Below are positions 7,666 through 16,595 of a stretch of 32,000 nucleotides of DNA, in pieces. The DNA lies in sequence record MK770119.1. One strand, 5' to 3'. The DNA comes from Pantoea phage vB_PagS_AAS21. Both the position numbers and the translations under genes were made by a program. The notes beneath the pieces were generated by a model, which searched no databases, was not told the DNA's origin, and saw nothing but the letters and a program-made list of their open reading frames with translations. Positions within the stretch are counted from its first letter, which is position 1; every line of letters starts with the position of its first letter.

Positions 7666-10600
7666 TGCAGTTAATCGTTCGTGTTGTACAGGACCGTCAA
7701 GGGGCGGTCCTACCATACGCAGAAGGACACGTGTATCTGAAGGGTACTAATACCCCAGCTACTATCTACAATGCAAATGGAACTCAAATTGATAACCCCG
7801 TTCAAGCTGACGAACATGGTGTAATCCAGTTTAAAGCTGCTGATGGTCTATATGACTTTCAGGTTTCTTTCCAGGGAACGCTAGGTATCAAAACCCCAAT
7901 TCAGTGTATTGACGGCTCTGAAAAACTTGCTCAAATGGATGAGAGAGTAACTTTTGCTGAAACTGCCGCCACTACTGCTAACACTGCTAAGGTAGCTGCT
8001 ACAACTGCTGCTAGCGAAGCAAATACTGCTAAAACACAAGCAGTAGCACAAGTATCTTTGGCCAAAGATTCTGCAGACGCTGCCAAGACGTCTGAAACCA
8101 ACTCAAAAAACTCTGAAACTGCTGCGAAGGCTTCACAAACTGCGGCTAAAACTTCAGAAACTAATTCAAAAGCATCTGAAACTGCTGCTAAAGCATCGGA
8201 AGAAGCTGCTGCACAATCTGTATCTGACACTGTATTCGTTAATGAAGCTGCTCAAACAGCTAAAATGGATGCGGTTAATGCTGCTAATGAGGCTGGTGCT
8301 TCTAGAACTGCTGCGGTAAACGCAAAAACTGCGGCTGAAACTGCTGCTGGCAATGCTAGAACTTCAGAAACTAATGCTAAGACCTCAGAAACTAACGCTT
8401 CTCAAAGTCAGGTTGCAGCAGAAGCTGCGGCTGTTAGAGCTGAAGAAGCGGCTGCTAGTGGTGGATCTGGAACTCCTGTAGACTTAAGTGGCTACATGAA
8501 GAAAGCAGATAACTTGTCTGGTGTTGCTAACCCAGCTACTGCTCTAGATAACATTGGTGGACTAGGAAAAGATGCACTTAATGGTGTTTCTAACGTTACA
8601 GCACTACGTGCTCGTCAGCCCGCGTATGATGGTGAACGTGTTTACCTGAAATGCCACACTCCTGCCGCTTTAGCTGTGTATCGTCCAGAAGGTGGTGGTT
8701 GGTTCACTGGTACTAAGACAAGCTCTCAACCAGACGATGGTGGTTATAATATCAAAGCTGGTACAGGTGTCTGGACTCGTGAAAAAGCTATTGAAGATCT
8801 GACTATTGCAGACTTTGGTGGTGTAGCCGATAATACAACAGATGCAACGCCAGCGTTCAAAGCTAACTTAGACTTTATTAGTAGTGCGTACGCCAAGAGT
8901 CGTGTTGGTAATACACTTCCATACCTAACTATTAAGTTTAATGCTGGTTACTACTATATGACTCCAGGGGATTATAGACAGTACGGTAGCAAACTTTGGA
9001 GTGGTGCTCCAGATGAGCCTTACTACCCTTCTGGTTATTCAGCTGCTGCTGGTATCAGTATTATGGGTGCTAGAGTAGAGTATGGTCGTGAACTTCTTAC
9101 GTGGATTAAATCTGATAAATCAGATCTACCAGTTTTCCAACTTAACCATCGCCGTCAAAGCGTAAGTTTCATTGGATTCGACGGTCAGCAGACTACTGGT
9201 TACGATCAGTATAACAAAGACACTAACCCAACTGGTACTAACATGCTAATTGGTGCTACTTTTGGTGTCTGGAACGATACTGCATCTAACAAACAGCAGT
9301 TTATGACTAACGAATGTGCTGGTGGACTATACCTGAAAATCAGCGCCTGTCAGTATAAGGATATCGGCGGAGACATGTTCTTCGTTAGAGATACCCTAGA
9401 TACTGTGATTGAATACTGCTTCGGTTCTAAGAACGCCGCTCCATTCTTTACAACTTCATGGTCTAACCGTGTTGCTGGGGCTTGGGATCACTCTACTTCT
9501 GTAGAAATTCGTAACTGTAACTTCGGTACTCCACTGTCTCCAGTAATTCGTGCACCTCGTTGTGGTCAGTCACTTATGTGGAACGTTTGGGCAGAACATG
9601 GTACTACCCCATTTGACATTAACAACGGTCAGTGGGATATGACGATGGTTTGTCTGGAAGATAACCGCGGTGAAATGTGTCTGTGGAACTCTAAACATAG
9701 TATTCGTACTCTTTCTGTACCAACTGGTAACTCTAAGAGTATTGACAGTCCTACTAGTGGTAAATATCAGGGTTATCTGAAAAACCCAGATGGCTCAGAC
9801 TTAAGTGCATGGGCGGAAGGTTATGGTCAAGGTTCTTACTTGCTAATGAACTATGGTGCTTACTTCGATTGCCCCGTAGTTAGTAAAGTAACTAGAGGGT
9901 ACATTCGTGGTGAGAACAACACAGATAATGTTATCTGGGTTAACGTAGGTTCTTTCTCTAGCAATACTAATGGTAGTATGTGGAAAATCCGTGTATTAGG
10001 TGCGCTATACTATAATACTACGGCAAACCAAAACATGCTAAGCGATGCATTAGGTGGTGAAACTGTTATTTATGTTGGTCGTGGAGCTAGTAATGTTCCT
10101 AAGATTAGTTTCCATAACATAAACGGTGGTGTACTTGGAGCTTCTCCTCAATACCAGGTACAGCCATACAATACATTAATTCCAGCAGTTTGGGTACCAA
10201 TTAGGGCACGTTGTGGTGAGTATACTATTTCAGTTGAACAAACGGGTACTCATCGTGGAGAAACTGGTCAGCCAGCTTCTTATACTCCTAATGGCAACAC
10301 TATTACTACTAACCCCAACCAGACAGCTATCCCAGGTCGTTTTAGTTTTAACACTAGAAGAGCTGGCTTTGGTGCTAACGAGGACGTTGTTGAGATTACC
10401 TCTCGTCGCCAAACAATTGCACAAGCACCAGTGGACACTACTTATCCTATCTATACTCGTATAGCTATGGGTGGCGTAGAAGTTGCGGTTGTAGCTTACC
10501 CTTATATTCCTCAGTGGACTACTAAGGCTCCAGCTACCGTTTCTGTTGCAGCAGGTGGTGCTCTTTCAATTGCTCCAACAGTGATTGAGGCAGTTTCTTA

Positions 10601-10793
10601 TCAGTGGCAGAAATCTACAGATGGTGGTAGTACTTGGAATGCTATTAATGGTGCTACTAGTATGACGTACACTAAGGCTGCTGTTACAGCAGATGATGCA
10701 GGAATGTACCGCTTGGGGGCTCGTCAAACTAACGGAATGGGTGGTAATGGTACCACAGTATTTGGTGAAACAACCACAGTAACTATTACATAA
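7665..10793 (+). CDS. Tail fibre/tail spike, likely capsule-depolymerase type with C-terminal Ig-like domain
   Basis: 1042 aa: N-terminal anchor-like domain, Ala/Lys/Ser/Thr-rich repeats (KTSETNSKNSETAAKASQTAAK), central glycine-rich beta-helix-like region, C-terminal Ig-like YQWQKSTDGGSTWNAINGATSMTYTKAAVTADDAGMYRL. Confidence 0.85.
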   Translation: MQLIVRVVQDRQGAVLPYAEGHVYLKGTNTPATIYNANGTQIDNPVQADEHGVIQFKAADGLYDFQVSFQGTLGIKTPIQCIDGSEKLAQMDERVTFAETAATTANTAKVAATTAASEANTAKTQAVAQVSLAKDSADAAKTSETNSKNSETAAKASQTAAKTSETNSKASETAAKASEEAAAQSVSDTVFVNEAAQTAKMDAVNAANEAGASRTAAVNAKTAAETAAGNARTSETNAKTSETNASQSQVAAEAAAVRAEEAAASGGSGTPVDLSGYMKKADNLSGVANPATALDNIGGLGKDALNGVSNVTALRARQPAYDGERVYLKCHTPAALAVYRPEGGGWFTGTKTSSQPDDGGYNIKAGTGVWTREKAIEDLTIADFGGVADNTTDATPAFKANLDFISSAYAKSRVGNTLPYLTIKFNAGYYYMTPGDYRQYGSKLWSGAPDEPYYPSGYSAAAGISIMGARVEYGRELLTWIKSDKSDLPVFQLNHRRQSVSFIGFDGQQTTGYDQYNKDTNPTGTNMLIGATFGVWNDTASNKQQFMTNECAGGLYLKISACQYKDIGGDMFFVRDTLDTVIEYCFGSKNAAPFFTTSWSNRVAGAWDHSTSVEIRNCNFGTPLSPVIRAPRCGQSLMWNVWAEHGTTPFDINNGQWDMTMVCLEDNRGEMCLWNSKHSIRTLSVPTGNSKSIDSPTSGKYQGYLKNPDGSDLSAWAEGYGQGSYLLMNYGAYFDCPVVSKVTRGYIRGENNTDNVIWVNVGSFSSNTNGSMWKIRVLGALYYNTTANQNMLSDALGGETVIYVGRGASNVPKISFHNINGGVLGASPQYQVQPYNTLIPAVWVPIRARCGEYTISVEQTGTHRGETGQPASYTPNGNTITTNPNQTAIPGRFSFNTRRAGFGANEDVVEITSRRQTIAQAPVDTTYPIYTRIAMGGVEVAVVAYPYIPQWTTKAPATVSVAAGGALSIAPTVIEAVSYQWQKSTDGGSTWNAINGATSMTYTKAAVTADDAGMYRLGARQTNGMGGNGTTVFGETTTVTIT

Positions 10794-10799
10794 GGATAA

Positions 10800-11168
10800 A
10801 TGATGGTAGATCTAGTTAAGAATGAGCAAGTTGAGCATACCTTCGAAGGAGAACTAGGAGTATTTAGTTTCCTTAAGTATCAATCAAAAGCGGGCTACAC
10901 AGTCCGCTGTTTGAAAAATCAAGGACAAGATGCAGAAGTACTTACTGAAGGTAAAGAATACAAAGTAATTGGTGGTAGAGGCGATCCTTTCCTCGATTAC
11001 TATGGTAATGATATTGGTATTATCTGGGATCAGGCTAGCATTTTAGATGACTTTGGTAATCCATTAATTATTAACCTTAACCCGGAAGATTCATCAGTTA
11101 GTACTGGTGCTCTAGCTGAGTTTAGTATTCTAGACGATGAAGCATTCCAGAAATCTTTAAAGGATTAA
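10800..11168 (+). CDS. Hypothetical protein
   Basis: 122 aa, follows the spike gene after AAGGA. Confidence 0.65.
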   Translation: MMVDLVKNEQVEHTFEGELGVFSFLKYQSKAGYTVRCLKNQGQDAEVLTEGKEYKVIGGRGDPFLDYYGNDIGIIWDQASILDDFGNPLIINLNPEDSSVSTGALAEFSILDDEAFQKSLKD

Positions 11169-11172
11169 ACAC

Positions 11173-11204
11173 AAACCCCAGGACGGATGTTCTGGGGTTT
11201 TTCT
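11173..11204 (+). terminator. Intrinsic terminator
   Basis: AAACCCCAG…CTGGGGTTTTT. Confidence 0.88.
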
Positions 11205-11207
11205 TTA

Positions 11208-11236
11208 TTGTCAAAAGAGCAAAATTTTGCTATAAT
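11208..11236 (+). promoter_or_regulatory. Sigma70-type promoter
   Basis: TTGTCA -17 nt- TATAAT. Confidence 0.75.
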
Positions 11237-11247
11237 GGAGGTATAAA

Positions 11248-11307
11248 ATGTACTATTCACCAGTATTTATATTATTAGTAATTATTTTAATTTTGATTCT
11301 ATTCTAA
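11248..11307 (+). CDS. 19-aa hydrophobic micro-peptide (MYYSPVFILLVIILILILF)
   Basis: GGAGG then ATG directly behind a promoter; read from the sequence, absent from the ORF track. Confidence 0.45.
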   Translation: MYYSPVFILLVIILILILF

Positions 11308-11316
11308 GGAGTAGGT

Positions 11317-11508
11317 ATGACATTAGATGAAATGATTCAGTTTATTATTGATCACTTCAGATTGAGAAACCGTAAAGTGTACCATTATTTACATAGCACT
11401 GGAGGCCTGTTGGTTATAAGGCCTCCAGTTAATGGAATTGTCATTATAGGCGAGTATAGTGTGGACTTTAGCTTTATGGTAGAGGTATTAGAAGAGTATG
11501 GGCTTTAA
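11317..11508 (+). CDS. Small hypothetical protein
   Basis: 63 aa ORF. Confidence 0.6.
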   Translation: MTLDEMIQFIIDHFRLRNRKVYHYLHSTGGLLVIRPPVNGIVIIGEYSVDFSFMVEVLEEYGL

Positions 11509-11521
11509 ATAGGAGGTTTAT

Positions 11522-11728
11522 ATGAACGCTATTGACTTTGATGACGCTCCTACACAGGAAGAAGTTAAAGAGTATATTGTTAACAACTATTTTGTAAAAG
11601 ATGACAAAGTATTTTGGAGATGCAAATCTGGAGTTCACCAACTTTGCTTTAATCCACAAAGAATACTAGGCTATGACATTCCTGTATATCGTATTAAACG
11701 CATACTAAGGAAATTTAGTGAACATTAA
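11522..11728 (+). CDS. Small hypothetical protein
   Basis: 68 aa, AGGAGG RBS. Confidence 0.6.
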   Translation: MNAIDFDDAPTQEEVKEYIVNNYFVKDDKVFWRCKSGVHQLCFNPQRILGYDIPVYRIKRILRKFSEH

Positions 11729-12179
11729 TCAGAAAATCGAAGACAAAATTTATGAGGAAGCCTTGGCATTCCCATTATCTAGATTCTTAAAATCCGATGG
11801 ATCTATTAATACACGTAAGTTGAAAGGTCTACATCCTGACTTCTATCAAGATGCTCTTAATTTAATTTTTATTCGGAGAGCCTATGATGTTCATGGTAAA
11901 TTCTTTGGGTATCGTGAAGTAAAATTTTCTACTTTGAGACAATATGTTAAAATTTACTGTCCAGACCACCAAGATTGGTTCCTACAGATGGCCGGTACGC
12001 ACTTAGCAGGGCATGGGTGCCCACTTTGTGCGCATAGAGTTATTGATCGTGTGACAGAAGTAGGAACTTACACCGTTCCCTGTTCATTTCACAAATATTT
12101 AGTTGACGAAGACCGTATTATTTGGTATAATAGTCATAAGAAATTGGAAATGGAGCTGAAAAATGAATCCTTCGAATAA
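11718..12179 (+). CDS. Cysteine-containing phage protein, putative zinc-ribbon-like
   Basis: YCPDHQDWFLQMAGTHLAGHGCPLC pattern of the CPxH…HL…G.GCPxC class. Confidence 0.6.
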   Translation: MNINQKIEDKIYEEALAFPLSRFLKSDGSINTRKLKGLHPDFYQDALNLIFIRRAYDVHGKFFGYREVKFSTLRQYVKIYCPDHQDWFLQMAGTHLAGHGCPLCAHRVIDRVTEVGTYTVPCSFHKYLVDEDRIIWYNSHKKLEMELKNESFE

Positions 12180-12474
12180 TTTAAATACTTTAGTAGAATT
12201 AGCAAATCATTGTAAAGATTATGGTATTAGTCTAGAAATTGATCCTCAATGGATTTTAGATGTTGCAGAACAAATGAAACAGTCAACCACAATGCTTCCC
12301 AAAACCTGTGATGGTAAAGAACAAGAAGCATTTGAAAAGTATGCCAAAGAAAAGGGCTTGGATATGACAACCCATCCTATTTTCTGGATGTTTACGCATC
12401 CAGAAACTAATGCAGCTCGTAGTGCTTGGCGCGGATGTTTGTACTATGTTAATAAGGTGGTTAAAGGTGAGTAA
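12163..12474 (+). CDS. Hypothetical protein
   Basis: 103 aa ORF, overlapping context. Confidence 0.6.
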   Translation: MNPSNNLNTLVELANHCKDYGISLEIDPQWILDVAEQMKQSTTMLPKTCDGKEQEAFEKYAKEKGLDMTTHPIFWMFTHPETNAARSAWRGCLYYVNKVVKGE

Positions 12475-12850
12475 ACAAGAACTTTTATACGCCGAAATAG
12501 GCAAATTAGAGCAAGAAGTTCTCGAACTTATGCGGGAGAAAGTAAAGCTGTTAAAAGAGTATCAGCAAACAGCACTAGAACTTGTAGAGACTAAAGCAAC
12601 ACTAGTTGCTACTCTAGAAGAAATGCTAGATGATAAACAAGAGCTGAGACTTCTACGTAACGCTACTGGTAACGTAAAAATTAGTCCTACAAATGCCGTA
12701 CCTGACGTACGTGTGAATAGTATTCAGTACTCCTCAGAACACCTTGATACATGGGTCTACAGAGTGGAAAGTGCAACGCGTCTTAAGCCTGGCGATCGTT
12801 TGTTTAGTAGAAGTGCATTACTTCTTAATGTAGGAGATACCGATGAATAA
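12410..12850 (+). CDS. Coiled-coil hypothetical protein (start probably downstream of 12410)
   Basis: Long Leu/Glu/Lys heptad region; the first ~19 codons overlap the upstream gene. Confidence 0.5.
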   Translation: MQLVVLGADVCTMLIRWLKVSKQELLYAEIGKLEQEVLELMREKVKLLKEYQQTALELVETKATLVATLEEMLDDKQELRLLRNATGNVKISPTNAVPDVRVNSIQYSSEHLDTWVYRVESATRLKPGDRLFSRSALLLNVGDTDE

Positions 12851-13037
12851 ACAATTTCTAGAATGGATTCAACCCAAGATGACACCGACCACCTCAGCCA
12901 AAGAGCTGATTGAATATAATAAAGGTTGGATAGATGCAGAAAATAGTAAAAGCACTCATCTTATGAGAGGTATTGGACCTTACTGTGATGCGTGGAATGC
13001 CTATATGAGGTTGAATCGTGACCCTAAAACTAACTGA
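12843..13037 (+). CDS. Small hypothetical protein
   Basis: 64 aa, overlaps both neighbours. Confidence 0.55.
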   Translation: MNKQFLEWIQPKMTPTTSAKELIEYNKGWIDAENSKSTHLMRGIGPYCDAWNAYMRLNRDPKTN

Positions 13038-13383
13038 TGAAGAATTGCGAGAAATTAGTCGCAAAGTGATAGAAAAGATGGTTAGAGAAAAAGTTATAAC
13101 TAGAATTAGGGAGGGTACATACGTGCCAGATAATAACGATGAGTTAAACGACTTATTAAGAAAAGCTACTAATGAAGAGTATCTTAAAGATAATAAGTTA
13201 GATAAAGTGTTTAAAACTGCTTACCTTAAGTCTCAAGGTAAATACCAAGAACCAAAATGGCGTCGGATTTGCACATACCTAAATAAAAATAAATGGCTAA
13301 TCTTAGCGACGTTGTTCTTGTTATTCTGTGTGGGTTATACACTCACTGAAGTTTATATTGGCTTTATGTACGGAGTATATTAA
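13018..13383 (+). CDS. Hypothetical protein with C-terminal TM (start uncertain)
   Basis: NKWLILATLFLLFCVGYTLTEVYIGFMY near the C-terminus. Confidence 0.6.
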   Translation: MTLKLTDEELREISRKVIEKMVREKVITRIREGTYVPDNNDELNDLLRKATNEEYLKDNKLDKVFKTAYLKSQGKYQEPKWRRICTYLNKNKWLILATLFLLFCVGYTLTEVYIGFMYGVY

Positions 13384-13625
13384 TGTTTATTAAACTTAAA
13401 GCTGTAGCTACTAGAGATACTAATGGTAGTGTTGAAATGCATAAGATGGGTAAAGATATCACCTTGTTTATTTCCCATATAGAGTCCGTTGAAACTCGCA
13501 GATCTGTAGTGTATGATTCTGAGTCTAAGATAGTAACTAGATCAGGTATTTACTACTACCTTAAAGAAACTCATGCAGAAGTAGAGAAACTGGTTCGTGT
13601 AGCCTTGCATACTAAAGGTGCTTAA
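13383..13625 (+). CDS. Hypothetical protein
   Basis: 80 aa, start overlaps the previous stop. Confidence 0.6.
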   Translation: MFIKLKAVATRDTNGSVEMHKMGKDITLFISHIESVETRRSVVYDSESKIVTRSGIYYYLKETHAEVEKLVRVALHTKGA

Positions 13626-13626
13626 T

Positions 13627-13971
13627 ATGAAGATGTATATTGCTGTGTTAGATGAAGCTCCAGATTACATGGTGCCAACATTAATTGCTCATTCCGTCAT
13701 TAATGCACATATCAAGTTCACTACTGGACCATATAAAGACCAATATCAAGAGTGGTTAAATAATTCTTATCGGAAAGTGGTAGTTAAAGTTAATCGTAAA
13801 GAATTTGAGAAAATTAAAGAACAAATTCATTGGGCAGGTCATGAAAATACTATTTGTGAGGGTAAGCCTAGCTGTTTAGTAGTACTCCCTGTATATGCAG
13901 ATAATATTCCTAATGTACTTAAATTTGCTAAAATGTGGAAACCAAATGCTAACACTCAACAAAATGTCTAG
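13627..13971 (+). CDS. Peptidyl-tRNA hydrolase 2-like domain protein (tentative)
   Basis: MKMYIAVLDEAPDYMVPTLIAHSVINAH…KVVVKVNRKEFEKI resembles PTH2-like phage proteins; ATG placed at 13627. Confidence 0.4.
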   Translation: MKMYIAVLDEAPDYMVPTLIAHSVINAHIKFTTGPYKDQYQEWLNNSYRKVVVKVNRKEFEKIKEQIHWAGHENTICEGKPSCLVVLPVYADNIPNVLKFAKMWKPNANTQQNV

Positions 13972-14113
13972 ATATCAGGCATTCCGGTGGCTTTGGAGGT
14001 TTGACTCTGAAGCTCGTTGGTTCTGGTTCGGTCGTTATATTTTAAGTAAGTCTAACCTAGTTGAAGATGTTAGACAGAATTATCAAGATTTTGGAGCAAC
14101 TCGTGGACAATAA
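13964..14113 (+). CDS. 49-aa Trp/Arg-rich micro-protein
   Basis: ATG at 13964 overlaps the previous stop: MSRYQAFRWLWRFDSEARWFWFGRYILS…. Confidence 0.5.
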   Translation: MSRYQAFRWLWRFDSEARWFWFGRYILSKSNLVEDVRQNYQDFGATRGQ

Positions 14114-14384
14114 AGAATTAGACTTTCTAGATATTTTTGGACCTACTCCTACTGAACGGGGGGAATCCTTGTTAAATAAGGCGGCCAAAGATTCTATGGA
14201 TCAAATGGCAGAAGTTATTAACTCAGCAGATACTCGATTAGTTTTACCACCACATCTTTACGCACAGCTTGTTAGTGCAACCACAGAAGTTGCCAAAGAA
14301 CATGGAGTATTTAATACCCAATCTGTTCGAGCTAAAATGGAGAGTGCTATTAATAAATTCATTAAACCGGGATATAAAGTATGA
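14067..14384 (+). CDS. Hypothetical protein
   Basis: ORF with ATG at 14067; ATGA junction to the next gene. Confidence 0.5.
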   Translation: MLDRIIKILEQLVDNKELDFLDIFGPTPTERGESLLNKAAKDSMDQMAEVINSADTRLVLPPHLYAQLVSATTEVAKEHGVFNTQSVRAKMESAINKFIKPGYKV

Positions 14385-14611
14385 GTACGGATAAAGAAGC
14401 TGTTCAGGAAATGATTGCTAATGGAACTTTGGTAAATCGTATCAGTGGTAATCTATCTGATCAAATGGTAACGTTTACTATTAAGAATCCTGATACTCAT
14501 AGAGTCATTCCGATTGAACGGCTACAGGAAATGGCTAAAACAGGTTATGCTAGCTCAGATGAAATACAAACTATTGCTAAAGCGATTCTTATGATGGCTA
14601 GGAGATATTAA
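14381..14611 (+). CDS. Small hypothetical protein
   Basis: 76 aa, ATGA overlap. Confidence 0.6.
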   Translation: MSTDKEAVQEMIANGTLVNRISGNLSDQMVTFTIKNPDTHRVIPIERLQEMAKTGYASSDEIQTIAKAILMMARRY

Positions 14612-14612
14612 T

Positions 14613-14876
14613 ATGATTCTTGATTTTGATGGTATTTTCGTGGAGAGCACTCCGTCAGTAATGGCAACTATATTAGCCTGTCGGATTTACACAGAGCATC
14701 AGCCTTGTATAGCGTTATTTACCTGTGAAGTAGAAGACTTCTATAAGCTCCATGCTATGTCACTAGCAATGCTTAATGAAGATGGAGAGTTTTATCCTGC
14801 TAGATTTTATCTAGAAGACTTAATTACCTATTTAGATGATTCTATGGGTATTACAGTTCTACGTCATGAGGAATAA
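14613..14876 (+). CDS. Small hypothetical protein
   Basis: 87 aa ORF. Confidence 0.55.
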   Translation: MILDFDGIFVESTPSVMATILACRIYTEHQPCIALFTCEVEDFYKLHAMSLAMLNEDGEFYPARFYLEDLITYLDDSMGITVLRHEE

Positions 14877-14879
14877 GTA

Positions 14880-15137
14880 ATGATTACTTTACCAATTTGG
14901 GTAGTAGGTGCTTTTGTTTGTATACTTCTAGCATTTATTATTGAGAACTTCCGTAAACGTAGTAAGATTAAAGAAATGTGTCGCAAAGTTGAAAGGATCT
15001 GCGCTAAAATTGATATTAAAGTCCCGGACGGATCTGAAGAAGCTATCAGAAAAGCCTCCTGGAATCTAGCGTATCAAGTACATGAATCTAATAAGTTACA
15101 CGAAGAAGTAGCTAAAATAAGAGAAAGAGGTCGCTAA
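14880..15137 (+). CDS. Type-A small membrane protein (N-terminal TM plus charged helix)
   Basis: MITLPIWVVGAFVCILLAFIIENFRKRSK…. Confidence 0.65.
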   Translation: MITLPIWVVGAFVCILLAFIIENFRKRSKIKEMCRKVERICAKIDIKVPDGSEEAIRKASWNLAYQVHESNKLHEEVAKIRERGR

Positions 15138-15367
15138 TGTTAATTCCACTTTGGATGGTCACTGCTGTAGGTATGTTACTTTCATTTCTAATTGCTTATG
15201 TTCTTATTTTGAGACATCAAAGAGCAGAAATGGTAGATGATGCTACGAAAATTATTCATCATCTTAGTGACGATATAGACGCTATTGCTAGGTTACCAAT
15301 TCAGCAGTTTAGACAAGTTTATAGTGCAGAAGTATTAGCCTATAAAATAGCTAGAAGAGGTCGCTAA
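15137..15367 (+). CDS. Type-A small membrane protein
   Basis: MLIPLWMVTAVGMLLSFLIAYVLILRHQRAEM…IARRGR; TAATG junctions. Confidence 0.65.
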   Translation: MLIPLWMVTAVGMLLSFLIAYVLILRHQRAEMVDDATKIIHHLSDDIDAIARLPIQQFRQVYSAEVLAYKIARRGR

Positions 15368-15531
15368 TGGGACTTATAATCTTTCTGTTAATTTGCTATA
15401 TTATTTACTTGCGCATTCGCACCTTTCATGTTAAAATAGCTTTAGAAAATAAGGTTTACGCGGCGTGGCAAAATGGTCGGGTAAATCGTGATGATGCGGA
15501 TTATTTACAAAGGTGGATAAAGAAAATATGA
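15367..15531 (+). CDS. 54-aa small membrane protein
   Basis: MGLIIFLLICYIIYLRIRTFHVKIALENK…; TAATG start junction, not in the ORF track. Confidence 0.5.
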   Translation: MGLIIFLLICYIIYLRIRTFHVKIALENKVYAAWQNGRVNRDDADYLQRWIKKI

Positions 15532-15614
15532 TGACTATGATCTTTCTGGCAGTTGCAGCTACTGTTGTTGTTTGCGGTCTAGCTGCTCTAATCTTCGAGG
15601 AGTGTGTAGGATGA
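15528..15614 (+). CDS. 28-aa micro-membrane protein
   Basis: MMTMIFLAVAATVVVCGLAALIFEECVG*, ATGA overlap with both neighbours; not in the ORF track. Confidence 0.4.
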   Translation: MMTMIFLAVAATVVVCGLAALIFEECVG

Positions 15615-15880
15615 TTGATACTCCTATTTGGATTATTGGACTATTCATTTTCTTGATAATGGCATTGTTCTGCACTTCTGTGTATTATCATGCCCGGACT
15701 AAGTATCTAGAGAAGACTAGAGCAATCAAGAAGTCTAACAGTATTAAACGAGCAGCCACTGTTAAACGTTGTGCTGAGATTATCGAAGCTGATGTATGGG
15801 GTTGCCCAGGTAGTCGTGATCAGCTCGATAGAGTCAGTGAACAACTTCGTATTATTCGTTCAAATGTGGAGCATATTTGA
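15611..15880 (+). CDS. Type-A small membrane protein
   Basis: MIDTPIWIIGLFIFLIMALFCTSVYYHARTKYLEK…; ATG at 15611 rather than the longer track start. Confidence 0.65.
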   Translation: MIDTPIWIIGLFIFLIMALFCTSVYYHARTKYLEKTRAIKKSNSIKRAATVKRCAEIIEADVWGCPGSRDQLDRVSEQLRIIRSNVEHI

Positions 15881-16302
15881 TGACTGAGGAAGAAAAGCAG
15901 GAAATAATTGATGAATATAACGCTGCAATGTTTGCGTCAAACGAAGCGGGGTATGCTGGAATAACAGCAGAACAAACTATTCGTTATCTGATGGAACGTG
16001 TAAAAGAATCAGAGTCGAAGTTGGCAGAGCTGGCTAAGCAGAAACCAATTGGCTGGTTGAACGACGCTTATCTTGGGCGAGGGGTTATTGACGGTGAAGT
16101 TGGGGAAGATGATTTTGGGCCCGGTTACATTCCAATTTATCGCCATCCATTTAATGACGTCCCCGCGCCTGCCGTTGACCTAGCTAATCTGGTGCCCGAT
16201 GCCCTGAGCTGGTCATATAATGATAATATATCTCAGGGCGAGGTTTTAGGATGGAATGCCTGCCGCGCTGAAATTCTTCGTAAACTTAAGGAACATATTT
16301 AA
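15880..16302 (+). CDS. Hypothetical protein with enterobacterial GWNACRAEIL C-terminal motif
   Basis: ATGA start; C-terminus GEVLGWNACRAEILRKL is typical of small enterobacterial phage/prophage early proteins. Confidence 0.65.
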   Translation: MTEEEKQEIIDEYNAAMFASNEAGYAGITAEQTIRYLMERVKESESKLAELAKQKPIGWLNDAYLGRGVIDGEVGEDDFGPGYIPIYRHPFNDVPAPAVDLANLVPDALSWSYNDNISQGEVLGWNACRAEILRKLKEHI

Positions 16303-16595
16303 TGTACTTACCAATGGGCTTAATTGTTTTACTGGCTATCCTGTTTTTCTCTATGCTTGCTGTTATTGTTAATTTTAATAGCCGTATCAATCGTCGTGAA
16401 GCAGAAATTGTTCGTAACTATTACCGTATTACTAATACGATCGCAGATACTGGAGCTAACTTCTTTGATATCTACGGTAAAGACTCTGATCAATCAAAAC
16501 ATATTGTTCGTATGGCTAGAAAGGTTGAATGGATTTCTAGAGCACATATGGAAGATTACGAAGTTGATATGAAAGCTATCAAGGAGCAGAATTAA
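16302..16595 (+). CDS. Type-A small membrane protein
   Basis: MYLPMGLIVLLAILFFSMLAVIVNFNSRINRREAEIVRNYYRI…; TAATG junction. Confidence 0.65.
   Translation: MYLPMGLIVLLAILFFSMLAVIVNFNSRINRREAEIVRNYYRITNTIADTGANFFDIYGKDSDQSKHIVRMARKVEWISRAHMEDYEVDMKAIKEQN

Noticed and set aside
7931-8230. 99-aa minus-strand ORF opposite the spike gene repeats
   Set aside because: It is a mirror of the Ala/Ser-rich coding repeats on the plus strand and has no independent gene context.
10213-10464. Alternative-frame ORFs inside the spike gene, both strands
   Set aside because: They lie wholly inside a convincing long CDS with no RBS evidence.
16324-16572. 82-aa ORF in another frame of the 16302-16595 gene
   Set aside because: The 16302 frame fits the TAATG-linked gene array, so the alternative frame is likely fortuitous.
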